The notes under the pieces are model-generated. The model did no database searches and was not told where the DNA came from. It worked only from the letters and a program-made list of their open reading frames with translations. A stretch of 64,000 bases of DNA from Coriobacteriia bacterium (GTDB lineage: Bacteria; Actinomycetota; Coriobacteriia; Coriobacteriales; QAMH01): assembly GCA_003149935.1 (NCBI GenBank), contig QAMH01000010.1:14827-78826 (forward strand). The letters run 5' to 3'. Both the position numbers and the translations under genes were made by a program. Position 1 is the stretch's first letter. Each line of letters begins with the position of its first letter. This document shows positions 23,324 to 32,130 of this stretch, one piece after another.

Positions 23324-25543
23324 CTACTCCTTCTTTCTAATGCGGCAGGGAATGCCGTTGTAAATCCACGTCCCGATAAGCGGCTCGCGCGCGCCCTCGA
23401 CGGTACCGCGCGTGAGCAGATTGATGTTTGACTCGAAGCATTTCCCGAAGTCGGGGTCGTCTTCGACTGCCTCAGGGTACCACCATCCGTATTCGGCTGA
23501 TGCGACATCGTCAAGTATATTCGTGATATGCACATATTGGAGTACCTCAACGTCCGGCGTATCCTGACGCGAGATGAGGCACGCATCGCCTTCGGCAAGG
23601 CCCAGACGCTCAGCCGTTGCCTGCGAAAGCTCGACAGTCGGCTTGGGATGGCGAGCGCGCATCGATGGAATCTCGAAGTACGAGGAGGCCCAATAGGGCT
23701 GCTTGCGCGCGCCGGTGATGAGCGTGACGCAATCGGGATCGTGGCATACATCCGCATGCACGCCGGGCACCGGCGTGAAGCGAGCTACTACATCCGCCCC
23801 CCGTCGCTGTAAGAACGGGATGGCGAGCTCCACTTTGCCGCTTTCGGTCGCGAACCCGCGTGGCTCGCCCGTTGTCTCGTCAATCTCGAGGTGCTTGAAG
23901 TAATGTGCTCCCCCACCACACAAGCCCGTAATGGTGAAATCCTCCCAGCTCATGCCCGTCGGCGCGATCGTACGCGCGAGCTCTTCGGTCAGGTCTCGCG
24001 CCGGCCACAGCGCCTCATCACAGCCCATGCGCAAGGCGAGGTCGCGCAGGATTGCGTAGTCCTCGCGGCGCTCGAACTGCGGCTCGACCGCCGCCGGACC
24101 GCCGTAACAGAAGTCGGAGACACCACCCATCGCCTGGAAGCACGGGTGCTCGACGGCAGCGGCAGCGGGAAGAACGTAGTCAGCCATGAGGGCCGTGGGC
24201 GTCATGACGAACTCGAGCACGACGATGAGATCCATCGCCTCGAACGCTTCCATGACAAGCCGCGTGTCGGCATAGGTGACAAGCGGGTTTGCTCCGTCGA
24301 CGATGAGCGCACTCACGCGATAGGGCTTATCGGTGATAGCCGCCTCCCATACGCGTTGCGGTAGCGCGGAGGTGAGGTAGCGCATCGGCAGATGACGCCC
24401 AAGCTTGCCCGTGCGCGCGTCGGCGAGCTCCCAGCCGGCGTAGCTCTGTATGCCGCAATCGGGTTCATTCAGCCCATGCGCGCGTGCCTCGGCAGACAGC
24501 AACGCGCTGTCCTCGAGCTCGAGCTCGCTCATGAAGCTCGGTGCCTCGTTGAGGACGTTGCCGCCCGGCACGTCGACATTGCCCGTGATGGCACGCAGCG
24601 CTGCGATGACACGATGCAACGGCGCGGTATTGGGACCAATCTGGTCGACGCCGCGTCCCGAGAGCAGGCCTGCCGGCTTGCTCGTCGCGTACATGCGAGC
24701 TGCCGCACGTATATCCTCGGCACTCACCTGCGTGATGGCAGCTGCCTCGTCTATCGTGCGCTCGAACGCAGCGGTCTTGAACTCGTCGAAACCAGAGCAC
24801 CATTGTTCGACAAACTCGTGATCATAGAGGTCCTCCTCGATGATGACACGGGCAAACGCGTAGGCGAGGACGAGATCGGTACCCGGGAAGGGAGCGAGCC
24901 ACAGTGTCGCCTTGGCCGCCGTCATGGAAAGCCGCGTATCGATGATGATGAGCTTGCCATCGTTGCGGACGTAATCGGCGATGTTGCGCCAGAAGAGCGA
25001 ATTGTCCGACTCGGCCGGATTGGTGCCCCAGAGCATGAGGCATTCCGTGAGGTCGGGTCTGAAGTCGCACTCGACCGACCAACCGTAGGTCATCGTATCC
25101 ATCCAGATACGGGGGTTCCAGCAAATGGGGCCGATGCCCATGTTGTTGGGGCTGTCGATGAAACTCATGAAGCGATGAAGTGGCCAGTAGACCGCATGCG
25201 GCCCCCCGATGGCGCTCGCCACCGTCCACGGCCCGTGGGCGTCGATGAGCAAGCGCAGGCGCGTCGCGATATCGTCAAGCGCCTCGTCCCAGCTCACGCG
25301 AATAAACCCACCGCCGCCACGTGGCCCTATGCGTTTCAGGGGATAGTTGACGCGGGTGCTTTCGTCGTAGAGCTTCTCGAGGTTGAGCGGCCAGCGGCAG
25401 CAGCGTGCCGCCACACTCGTGTCATACGGATAGCGCGTGGGATCCGGCGTGAAATCGACAACACGCCCGTCCTCGAGCGTTGCATCGAAGGCGCACAGGT
25501 ATCCGCAGTAATGGCAATTGGTTTTGCGTATCTCAGTAGTCAT
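23324..25543 (-). CDS. Molybdopterin (bis-MGD) oxidoreductase, cytoplasmic type
   Basis: 739 aa. N-terminal Fe-S motif CHYCGYLC...C, no signal peptide. Conserved blocks YPLKRIG..G..F.RVSWDEALD and the C-terminal MGD-binding domain. Confidence 0.9.
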   Translation of the reverse strand: MTTEIRKTNCHYCGYLCAFDATLEDGRVVDFTPDPTRYPYDTSVAARCCRWPLNLEKLYDESTRVNYPLKRIGPRGGGGFIRVSWDEALDDIATRLRLLIDAHGPWTVASAIGGPHAVYWPLHRFMSFIDSPNNMGIGPICWNPRIWMDTMTYGWSVECDFRPDLTECLMLWGTNPAESDNSLFWRNIADYVRNDGKLIIIDTRLSMTAAKATLWLAPFPGTDLVLAYAFARVIIEEDLYDHEFVEQWCSGFDEFKTAAFERTIDEAAAITQVSAEDIRAAARMYATSKPAGLLSGRGVDQIGPNTAPLHRVIAALRAITGNVDVPGGNVLNEAPSFMSELELEDSALLSAEARAHGLNEPDCGIQSYAGWELADARTGKLGRHLPMRYLTSALPQRVWEAAITDKPYRVSALIVDGANPLVTYADTRLVMEAFEAMDLIVVLEFVMTPTALMADYVLPAAAAVEHPCFQAMGGVSDFCYGGPAAVEPQFERREDYAILRDLALRMGCDEALWPARDLTEELARTIAPTGMSWEDFTITGLCGGGAHYFKHLEIDETTGEPRGFATESGKVELAIPFLQRRGADVVARFTPVPGVHADVCHDPDCVTLITGARKQPYWASSYFEIPSMRARHPKPTVELSQATAERLGLAEGDACLISRQDTPDVEVLQYVHITNILDDVASAEYGWWYPEAVEDDPDFGKCFESNINLLTRGTVEGAREPLIGTWIYNGIPCRIRKKE

Positions 25544-25611
25544 AGCTCATGATTGTACTGCATGCACCGAACAAACACGGGGACTCTCCGGTTACAACAC
25601 GGAGACGGAGC

Positions 25612-25896
25612 GCCCCCCCCCTTGTCATTTCGAGCGGAGCGGACGGGGCCGCGCCCCCCTGTCATTTCGAGCGAGGCGAACGGGGCCGCGCCCCCCCCTG
25701 TCATTTCGAGCGGAGCGAACGAAGTGAGCGGAGTCGAGAAATCTCGGTCTTTCGCTTAATAGACAGCAGCGGTGGAGATTTCTCCACTCCGGCGCTACGC
25801 GCCTTCGGTCGAAATGACAAGAGACAAACCTTACGGCCCCTTCGGTCGGAATGACAAGGGGTAGGCCTTACGGCCCCTTCGGTCGGAATGACAAAA
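25612..25896. repeat. F1-family repeat array: three direct units then three inverted units (large imperfect palindrome)
   Basis: TGTCATTTCGAGCG starts at 25623, 25660 and 25699 (37/39-bp spacing). Inverse units end in TCGAAATGACA at 25818 and TCGGAATGACA at 25856 and 25893. Confidence 0.9.
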
Positions 25897-25898
25897 GG

Positions 25899-27053
25899 CT
25901 AGTCGACGAGCGTAAGCTCCTCGTTCTCCGAAAGCTCCGCGTACGCCGGGTCGGCGAAAAGTGCATCGACGCTCGCGTATACCTCGCCCCAATCGACGGG
26001 GCAATCGAAGATTTGCTCAAGGTAATGCTGCACGGGCGTGCTTCCCACACCGCGTTGCAACGAGTTGACACATGAGAAGCAGGTCGAAAGCACGCGGTCA
26101 GCATCCACTCCGTCAATCTCGGCCAAACGCAGGTTGCGGCGATACGCGCAGTAATCGGGAGCGCACACGCTCACCATGCCACCCCCACCGCAGCACAGGC
26201 AATCGCGTTTCTCGTGCGGCATGCTCTTGAATGTCGCGTTCTCAAACAGGCTGCGTGCCGCACTGCCAAAGAAACCGGCAGAACGGTCGTAACACGCGTC
26301 GTGAAAGGTGATGGTCTCGGTGCTCTGCGATATCATGCCGCGCTCGACGAGCAGATCGGGCAGCCGCACGATCTCGATTTCCATTCCCTCGATAAGCTGT
26401 GGCAGCAGATGAGCGCAGTGCGGACAGGTGACGACCAGGCGCTTGATTTCCTTCTCGCGCAGAAAAGCCTGCACGCGCTCACGATAGGCATCGTACTCGT
26501 CATAGAAACCGACATCGTAGAAGGTCGCACCGCAGCAAATTGTCAGGGTATAGGCGGCGATGTCCTCGTCGCGCAGCCACTGCGAGACCTTGGCGGTAAG
26601 TTCCGGAGCATACGCATACAACGCACAGCCCGGGAAGAAGGCGGTGTGATTAGCGTCTTCACCCAGGTTAGCCTCGCCTTGGATATAGGTGACGTTGGTG
26701 ATGTCGCCGGCATCACGTGCGCGCAGCGCCGAGAACACGTTGTACTTGAGATCTGTCCTGAATTTGCGATACAGGGGCCTCAGCTCGGGCTTCTGCTTAA
26801 GTAGTAGCGCCCTGAGCGGCTTGGTGGCGCGTGAGGCGACCAGGTCGACCGGACAATTAATCGTGCACCGATTGCATAGCGCGCACGTGAAGGGCGCGTA
26901 ATCCCAGGTTTCCTCGCCGTTGAGGATGGACTCGCACAGCTCGCCGAGATTAGGCTCGCCATTCGAGAAGTTGCCGCAATCGGTCCGGGCACAGAGGCCG
27001 CAGCGAATGCAACTGTCAGAAAAATCCTGCACGTCTTCCAGCGGGTGATGCAT
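25899..27053 (-). CDS. HdrD/GlpC-like Fe-S protein (4Fe-4S dicluster plus CCG cysteine-rich domains)
   Basis: Start taken at MHHPLEDV (ATG 27053) after GGAAGGA. CIRCGLCARTDC, CALCNRCTINCP, and a later CLCCGGGG. Confidence 0.8.
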   Translation of the reverse strand: MHHPLEDVQDFSDSCIRCGLCARTDCGNFSNGEPNLGELCESILNGEETWDYAPFTCALCNRCTINCPVDLVASRATKPLRALLLKQKPELRPLYRKFRTDLKYNVFSALRARDAGDITNVTYIQGEANLGEDANHTAFFPGCALYAYAPELTAKVSQWLRDEDIAAYTLTICCGATFYDVGFYDEYDAYRERVQAFLREKEIKRLVVTCPHCAHLLPQLIEGMEIEIVRLPDLLVERGMISQSTETITFHDACYDRSAGFFGSAARSLFENATFKSMPHEKRDCLCCGGGGMVSVCAPDYCAYRRNLRLAEIDGVDADRVLSTCFSCVNSLQRGVGSTPVQHYLEQIFDCPVDWGEVYASVDALFADPAYAELSENEELTLVD

Positions 27054-27171
27054 CTCGAGTCCTTCCTCGCAGCGTGTTTGTGCCCGATTATACGCCAATG
27101 TGCCAAGAGGCCTGACCCCCTGACACATTCACGCTTGCAAACGAGCAGGTAGCCGTCAACTTCCCCACCAC

Positions 27172-27211
27172 GTCAAACAAAGACCCCCGCCTCTTGGAGG
27201 AGACGGGGGTC
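27172..27211 (-). terminator. Rho-independent terminator ending the Mo-enzyme/4Fe-4S/NrfD operon
   Basis: Arms 27182-27189 / 27204-27211 (GACCCCCG/CGGGGGTC), followed on the minus strand by TTTGTTTG. Confidence 0.6.
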
Positions 27212-27251
27212 GTTCGCATTACTCGCTCGTAGCGAACTGCAAAAGCAGCTC

Positions 27252-28343
27252 CTACTGGGCGCCAGTCATGGCCGGGTTGGGGCCAGAGGTCTGGTAAACC
27301 TCATCGGGACCGTCGGCAGGTGCCTCATCGGCAACCTCACCAGCAGGCGTAACCCACGTCCAGTACTCCTTGCCAGCCTCCCAGTAATCCATGAAGTCCT
27401 GGTGGCTCTGCGGCAGACGCGTGTAGTACTTGAGCTCTGCGGGGGTGACGCGACGCTGATAGCTCCAGATAATCATGAAGCGGAGCAGGCAGCCACCCAT
27501 GAGGGCGATGATCTGCGAAGCGTAGCCGCCCACGCTCGTGATGTTGAGCACGAACGGAATGACCAGACCGCAGCAAACCATGAGGCCCCAGAAGTAACCG
27601 GCCCACTCGCCACGGACCCAGCGCTCCGCATGGGACTTGGCGGTCTCGTTGGAAGCGCAGAACTGCAGCATCACGTACAGGAGCAGCACGACGAGCTCGA
27701 GTGCGATGAGAATCGCGTCGGCAACGTGCAGGATGTGACGCAGCTCCTCGGTGAGCAGCGCGGCAAGCGGCGTGGACAGGTTGACCTGCAGCCACTCGGC
27801 CGGGAAGGGCCACACGCCGATGCACATGGAGAGCAGGGCCGCACCCGTGGAGCAACCGGACACCATGAAGAGCACGGGCAGAACCGGCGTGTTCCAGAAC
27901 GGACGGGACTTCATGCTGGAGAGCAGAACGCCCGTGTAGATCGTGACGCAGAGGCCGAAGATGCCGGCGATGCCGAGCAGAACCTGAGCGCAGCCTTCAT
28001 ACGGAATGAAGGGCAGGAACGTGAACCAGGAGAGCTCCCAGAAGATGAAGAGCACGCCTGCGATCATCGAAATGGAGAGGAACACGGCACCCCACTTGAT
28101 GACCGAGGTCCTCGTCACGAAGGCACGGTAGAAAATCCACGGCTGACCGAGCTCGAACACGAGCAGGCCAGTGCCGATGCCCAGGATGAGGAACGCGATG
28201 AAGACGCCCCAGACCAGAGCACCACTGGTAAGAGCAGACGGCGCGATGAGCAATCCGACAACGGCGGCGGTCGCCATCATGCCGCCACCAAGGCCGCCCA
28301 AGAAGAGGTAGAGGGCGATAGGCCAAATCCAGAACTGTTTCAC
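27252..28343 (-). CDS. NrfD/PsrC-family polytopic membrane anchor subunit
   Basis: 363 aa. WIWPIALYLFLGGLGGG and SRPFWNTPVLPVLF are NrfD-family signatures. 4-nt overlap with the upstream gene. Confidence 0.85.
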   Translation of the reverse strand: MKQFWIWPIALYLFLGGLGGGMMATAAVVGLLIAPSALTSGALVWGVFIAFLILGIGTGLLVFELGQPWIFYRAFVTRTSVIKWGAVFLSISMIAGVLFIFWELSWFTFLPFIPYEGCAQVLLGIAGIFGLCVTIYTGVLLSSMKSRPFWNTPVLPVLFMVSGCSTGAALLSMCIGVWPFPAEWLQVNLSTPLAALLTEELRHILHVADAILIALELVVLLLYVMLQFCASNETAKSHAERWVRGEWAGYFWGLMVCCGLVIPFVLNITSVGGYASQIIALMGGCLLRFMIIWSYQRRVTPAELKYYTRLPQSHQDFMDYWEAGKEYWTWVTPAGEVADEAPADGPDEVYQTSGPNPAMTGAQ

Positions 28344-28903
28344 TGTACCGTACCTCCTAAATCGGGGATGTAGTAGATCATGGGCTCGGTACCAACCTCG
28401 GGATAGACCTGCTCGGTGTAATACGAGTTCACGAGCTTCGAGACCTCGCTGTTGGGGTCATCGAGATCGCCGAACGTGCGGGCCTTCTGATGACAGGTCA
28501 TGACGCAGAAGGGCTGCTCGCCCTCGCGGACACGATCCTTGCAGAAGGTGCACTTGCGGATGTAGCCCTCGTGCTCGTTCATATCGCGAGCGCCGTAGGG
28601 GCACGCATTCGCGCAGACCTTGCATCCCATGCACTGGGAAGGCTCAACCCACACGATACCGTCATCGTCCTGGCGGGACGCGCCGGTCGGGCAGGCGGGC
28701 ACGCAAGCGGGCTTGTCGCAGTGCATGCAGATGAGCGGCGTGAAGGTCATGTGGACATGAGGCCACACGCCCTCTGCTCCGTTGGAAACAACGGGGTTGT
28801 AGATGATGTCAATGGGCAGCTCGTTCCAGGTGCGGCATGCGATGGTGCATGACGAGCAACCAATGCAACGACGCTGGTCCATAACCATTGCGTAACGGGT
28901 CAT
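28340..28903 (-). CDS. 4Fe-4S ferredoxin-type electron-transfer subunit (DmsB/PsrB-like)
   Basis: Start taken at MTRYAMVMDQRRC (ATG 28903) after AGAGGAGG. Four Cys groups: CIGCSSCTIAC, CMHCDKPACVPACP, CMGCKVCANACP, CTFC. Confidence 0.9.
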   Translation of the reverse strand: MTRYAMVMDQRRCIGCSSCTIACRTWNELPIDIIYNPVVSNGAEGVWPHVHMTFTPLICMHCDKPACVPACPTGASRQDDDGIVWVEPSQCMGCKVCANACPYGARDMNEHEGYIRKCTFCKDRVREGEQPFCVMTCHQKARTFGDLDDPNSEVSKLVNSYYTEQVYPEVGTEPMIYYIPDLGGTVQ

Positions 28904-28919
28904 TCCAGTCCTCCTCTCT

Positions 28920-31835
28920 TTACTGGTTCGCTTGGACGCTGGCGTCCTTGATGTTATAGGGCGCTTCGACAGGCTGCATCGAGAAGTCGTACCAGTCGTT
29001 CTTCTCCTCGTCGACCAGGTAGTTACCGCCCTCATGCTGCACGAAGCGATAACCGGTACCCGGCTGATAGTGGAAGGAGCTCGTCGGGTCGATCAGCCAG
29101 CCACTGCCCGTGTCATAGTAACGGCCCTTGTCGTCCTCGGCCTTGAGCGTGACGGGGTTCCACGTCGTGCCGGCGGGCAGCTCGAAATCGGCCTGCGGGC
29201 CCTCGCAGGGCTGCATGGAGAAGTCGTAGAACTGGCCCGTGCTCTCGTCGAGCAGGAAGTCGCCATTGTAGGAGATGTACTTGTAACCCGTGCCCATCTG
29301 GTAGAAGGTGCCCGTCGCATCGTCGACCATCCAGCCAGAGGCCTGATCGTAGCGGCGGCCATTCTCGTCATAGCAGGCACGCTTGCGGTAATCCCAGGTG
29401 AGACCCTCGGGAACCTCGAAGTCGGGCTGCGCGAAGACGGGCTCGGCAAACTCGAGTGCCATCTTCTGGGTGCTCGGCATGGCGTGCACGCCCGGGCCCT
29501 CGGAAGCGAAAGCGGAACCGGGGATGGAGAACTGGCAGTCGCGCTCCGTGTACTCGTAGTCGATGTCGGTGCACTTGTAGACCTTGCACATGAGGCCACG
29601 GTTGGCCCAGCAGCCGGTCAGCGGATCGCAGTGCTCGTCATCGACGGACGTGAGCACGTTGGTGTTGGACTCGAGGCAACCAAAGGGCTCGGGGCCTTCG
29701 GGGCTACGCTCGGGGAACCACCAGCCGCGCTGCGTGTAGATCGCACGCGGATCGATGCCCGGCTCGACGTTGGCGCGCATCTTGATGCGGCCACGACGGG
29801 TCTCGATCCAGCACCAGTCGCCCATCTCGATGCCCAGCGTGAGGGCGAGGTCGGGATGGATGGTGAAGTACGGATCGGGCTTGATGTAACGGATGATCGG
29901 GTTGTTGAAGTGCTCCGAGTGGTGGAACGGCATGAAGCCGCCGCCCGTCGTAAGAACGATGGGATACTCGGCTGCAACCTCGGGATCGTCGATCTCGTTC
30001 TCGGCCGGACCGATGTACTTCGGGAACGCCGGCAGACCGAACTCCTCGAAGACCGAGCACTTGAGCTCGACCTTGCCCGAAGCGGTGCAGAACTGGCCCT
30101 TCTGCAGGTACTTCTGGTACTGCAGCGGCGGATAGTACATGCGGAAGCGGGCGACGAAGTCGTTGTAGTCCGTGATGGGGAGACCAAGCGGCGAGAGAAC
30201 GTGGAAGTATGCGTCCTCAAGCTCCGGCCAGGGCCAGTCCTCTTCGGTCTGACCGCAGGCAAGGCCCAGGTCCCTCCAGATGTTGTAGTCGGTCTTGCGC
30301 TCGTACATCGGCCAGATGGCACGCTCGGAGCAGACGATGGAGTCGGTGACGCCGTAGTTGGTGTGAACCATCGGGCGCTCCATGGCACCTGCGACCGGCA
30401 GTACGAAGTCGGCCATGAGGGCCGTCGGGGTCATGAAGTACTCGAGGACGACCAGGAACTCGACCTGCTTGCAAGCCTCGAAGGTCATCTTGGCGTCGCC
30501 ATAGGACGACAGCGGATTGGAGCCACTGACGAACAGCGCGCGGACCTGATAGGGATCGCCCGTGAGGATGGCCTTGAAAACGGACGGGCCATGAGCCTCG
30601 CACATCCACTCGGCGGTAAAGGCCTTGCCCCACTTGTCCTTGGAGATCTGGGAAAGACGCTCGTAGCCGGGCCAGGAGGTCATCTTGTACTTGTCGGCAC
30701 CGATCTGCTTGGCGCGCATCTCGACGGGCAGGCGGTCATTGGCCTCGAGCTCCTCGTCGGTGACATATGCCGCAGGACCGGGCATGCCGTCGCCACCGGG
30801 GCAATCGAGGTTGCCGCAGATGGCGCGCAGGATCGAGCGGGCGTGCATGCCAGCACCGGCCGTGCGGCCGAGCTGATCCCAGGTGCAGCCCCACTGGATG
30901 TTGCCGGGACGGTTGGTCGCGTACATGCGAGCAGCCTGGCGGATGAGCTCAGGATCGAGCCAGGTGAGGGGCGCGGCCCACTCGGGGGTGTACGGCTCGA
31001 TGTAGTCGCGAAGCTCGTCGAAGCCCTCGCACCACTGATCGACGAAGTCCATGTCATAGATGAACTCGTTCATGATGACGTTGATCATCGCCATGGACAG
31101 GGCCGTGTCAGAACCCGGGCGCAGCGGCAGCCAGAGGTCTGCGTGGGCCGCGGTCTCGGAGTAACGCGGATCGACGACGATGAGCTTCATGCCGGTGGCC
31201 TTCTGCAGGTCGGTGTAACCATGCATGCCGGGCATGGAAGATGCGCCGGGGTTGAAGCCCCACAGGATGACGCACTTGGACGCGCCCAGGTCGGTCTCAA
31301 ACGGAGACCAGCCGTTGATGGCGGTCTCGACCATGAAGGTCGGGATCCAGCACAGCAGGGCGTTGTGGAAGCCGTTGGGCGTTCCGAACATGTTGAGGAA
31401 GCGACGCCTTGCCCAGTCGTCGGTACGCAGGGTACCGGCCGCAGCGGCGACTGCCTCTGCGCCAGACTCCTCCTTGATCTGGTTGAGCTTTGCGGCGATC
31501 TCGGTCAGGGCCTGATCCCAGGAGACGCGCTCCCACTTGTTCTCGCCCTTCTCGCCTGCGCGCTTCATCGGGTAGTTGATGCGCGACGGATTATCCACGA
31601 ACGTATAGGCCTGGTTGCCACGCGTGCACAGGCCACCAGCGTTGGTGGGATGATCCGGATCGCCTTCGGCGTAGATGAGCTTACCGTCCTTGACGTAAGC
31701 CAGAACACCGCAGTTCTGATGGCAGAAATAGCAGCATGACTTCTTGACCTCCACGCCTTCTGCGTGGATTTCATCCAACCATTTCGTCGATGAATAGTCT
31801 CTCACTCTGCCTCCTCCTTCATTCTCTCTTGCCAC
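28920..31835 (-). CDS. Molybdopterin (bis-MGD) oxidoreductase catalytic subunit with about 215-aa C-terminal extension, no Tat signal
   Basis: 971 aa. Fe-S motif CCYFCHQNC...C, and YPMKRAGEKGENKWERVSWDQAL. The start may be GTG 31805, just after GAAGGAGGAGG. The C-terminus holds two ~72-aa aromatic repeats. Confidence 0.9.
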   Translation of the reverse strand: MARENEGGGRVRDYSSTKWLDEIHAEGVEVKKSCCYFCHQNCGVLAYVKDGKLIYAEGDPDHPTNAGGLCTRGNQAYTFVDNPSRINYPMKRAGEKGENKWERVSWDQALTEIAAKLNQIKEESGAEAVAAAAGTLRTDDWARRRFLNMFGTPNGFHNALLCWIPTFMVETAINGWSPFETDLGASKCVILWGFNPGASSMPGMHGYTDLQKATGMKLIVVDPRYSETAAHADLWLPLRPGSDTALSMAMINVIMNEFIYDMDFVDQWCEGFDELRDYIEPYTPEWAAPLTWLDPELIRQAARMYATNRPGNIQWGCTWDQLGRTAGAGMHARSILRAICGNLDCPGGDGMPGPAAYVTDEELEANDRLPVEMRAKQIGADKYKMTSWPGYERLSQISKDKWGKAFTAEWMCEAHGPSVFKAILTGDPYQVRALFVSGSNPLSSYGDAKMTFEACKQVEFLVVLEYFMTPTALMADFVLPVAGAMERPMVHTNYGVTDSIVCSERAIWPMYERKTDYNIWRDLGLACGQTEEDWPWPELEDAYFHVLSPLGLPITDYNDFVARFRMYYPPLQYQKYLQKGQFCTASGKVELKCSVFEEFGLPAFPKYIGPAENEIDDPEVAAEYPIVLTTGGGFMPFHHSEHFNNPIIRYIKPDPYFTIHPDLALTLGIEMGDWCWIETRRGRIKMRANVEPGIDPRAIYTQRGWWFPERSPEGPEPFGCLESNTNVLTSVDDEHCDPLTGCWANRGLMCKVYKCTDIDYEYTERDCQFSIPGSAFASEGPGVHAMPSTQKMALEFAEPVFAQPDFEVPEGLTWDYRKRACYDENGRRYDQASGWMVDDATGTFYQMGTGYKYISYNGDFLLDESTGQFYDFSMQPCEGPQADFELPAGTTWNPVTLKAEDDKGRYYDTGSGWLIDPTSSFHYQPGTGYRFVQHEGGNYLVDEEKNDWYDFSMQPVEAPYNIKDASVQANQ

Positions 31836-32027
31836 ATGTTTGCATTACCTGCTTTCCGCAGACCATGCAGTCATGCGGAACACCTCCTACGAAGACGTCG
31901 CCATCTTCGCGTGTTGACGTTATCTACCTGCACCGCCTGTGACCGCAATGACAAGCGGACATGGCGATGCCGACGTCTAACGTCTAACTTCCGTATTAAA
32001 TCACGGGATGGAGGTTATGTGAAGCTA

Positions 32028-32083
32028 TGAAAAGGGGGATTTCGCCTGCGAGCGCAATCTGCACCGCTTTCGGCGAAATCCCC
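32028..32083 (-). terminator. Hairpin terminator downstream of mrp-like gene
   Basis: GGGGATTTCGCC (32035-32046) pairs with GGCGAAATCCCC (32072-32083), 25-nt loop. The minus strand continues CTTTTC. Confidence 0.45.
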
Positions 32084-32130
32084 ATCATGTTCGTGCGCTA
32101 GCAAGCGCTTTTCACACAAGGAGTCAAGTA

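Noticed and set aside
25612-25896. Possible CRISPR array (regularly spaced ~37-bp repeats)
   Set aside because: Units abut one another without unique spacers, differ in length, and half of them are inverted. No cas genes are present in the window. The same units occur inside a CDS at 4489-4762. Classified as REP/BIME-like.
28932-31739. 935-aa plus-strand ORF antisense to the Mo oxidoreductase gene
   Set aside because: Composition is dominated by R/A/G/H/V/D/L with no recognisable motif. The opposite strand encodes a full-length bis-MGD enzyme with all expected motifs. This is a typical high-GC shadow ORF.
31972-31989. Direct repeat ACGTCTAAC x2 and a small hairpin (31856-31878) upstream of the Tat-less Mo enzyme operon as a specific operator
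   Set aside because: Too short and unsupported by any second occurrence in the window. Noted only as possible promoter-region elements.
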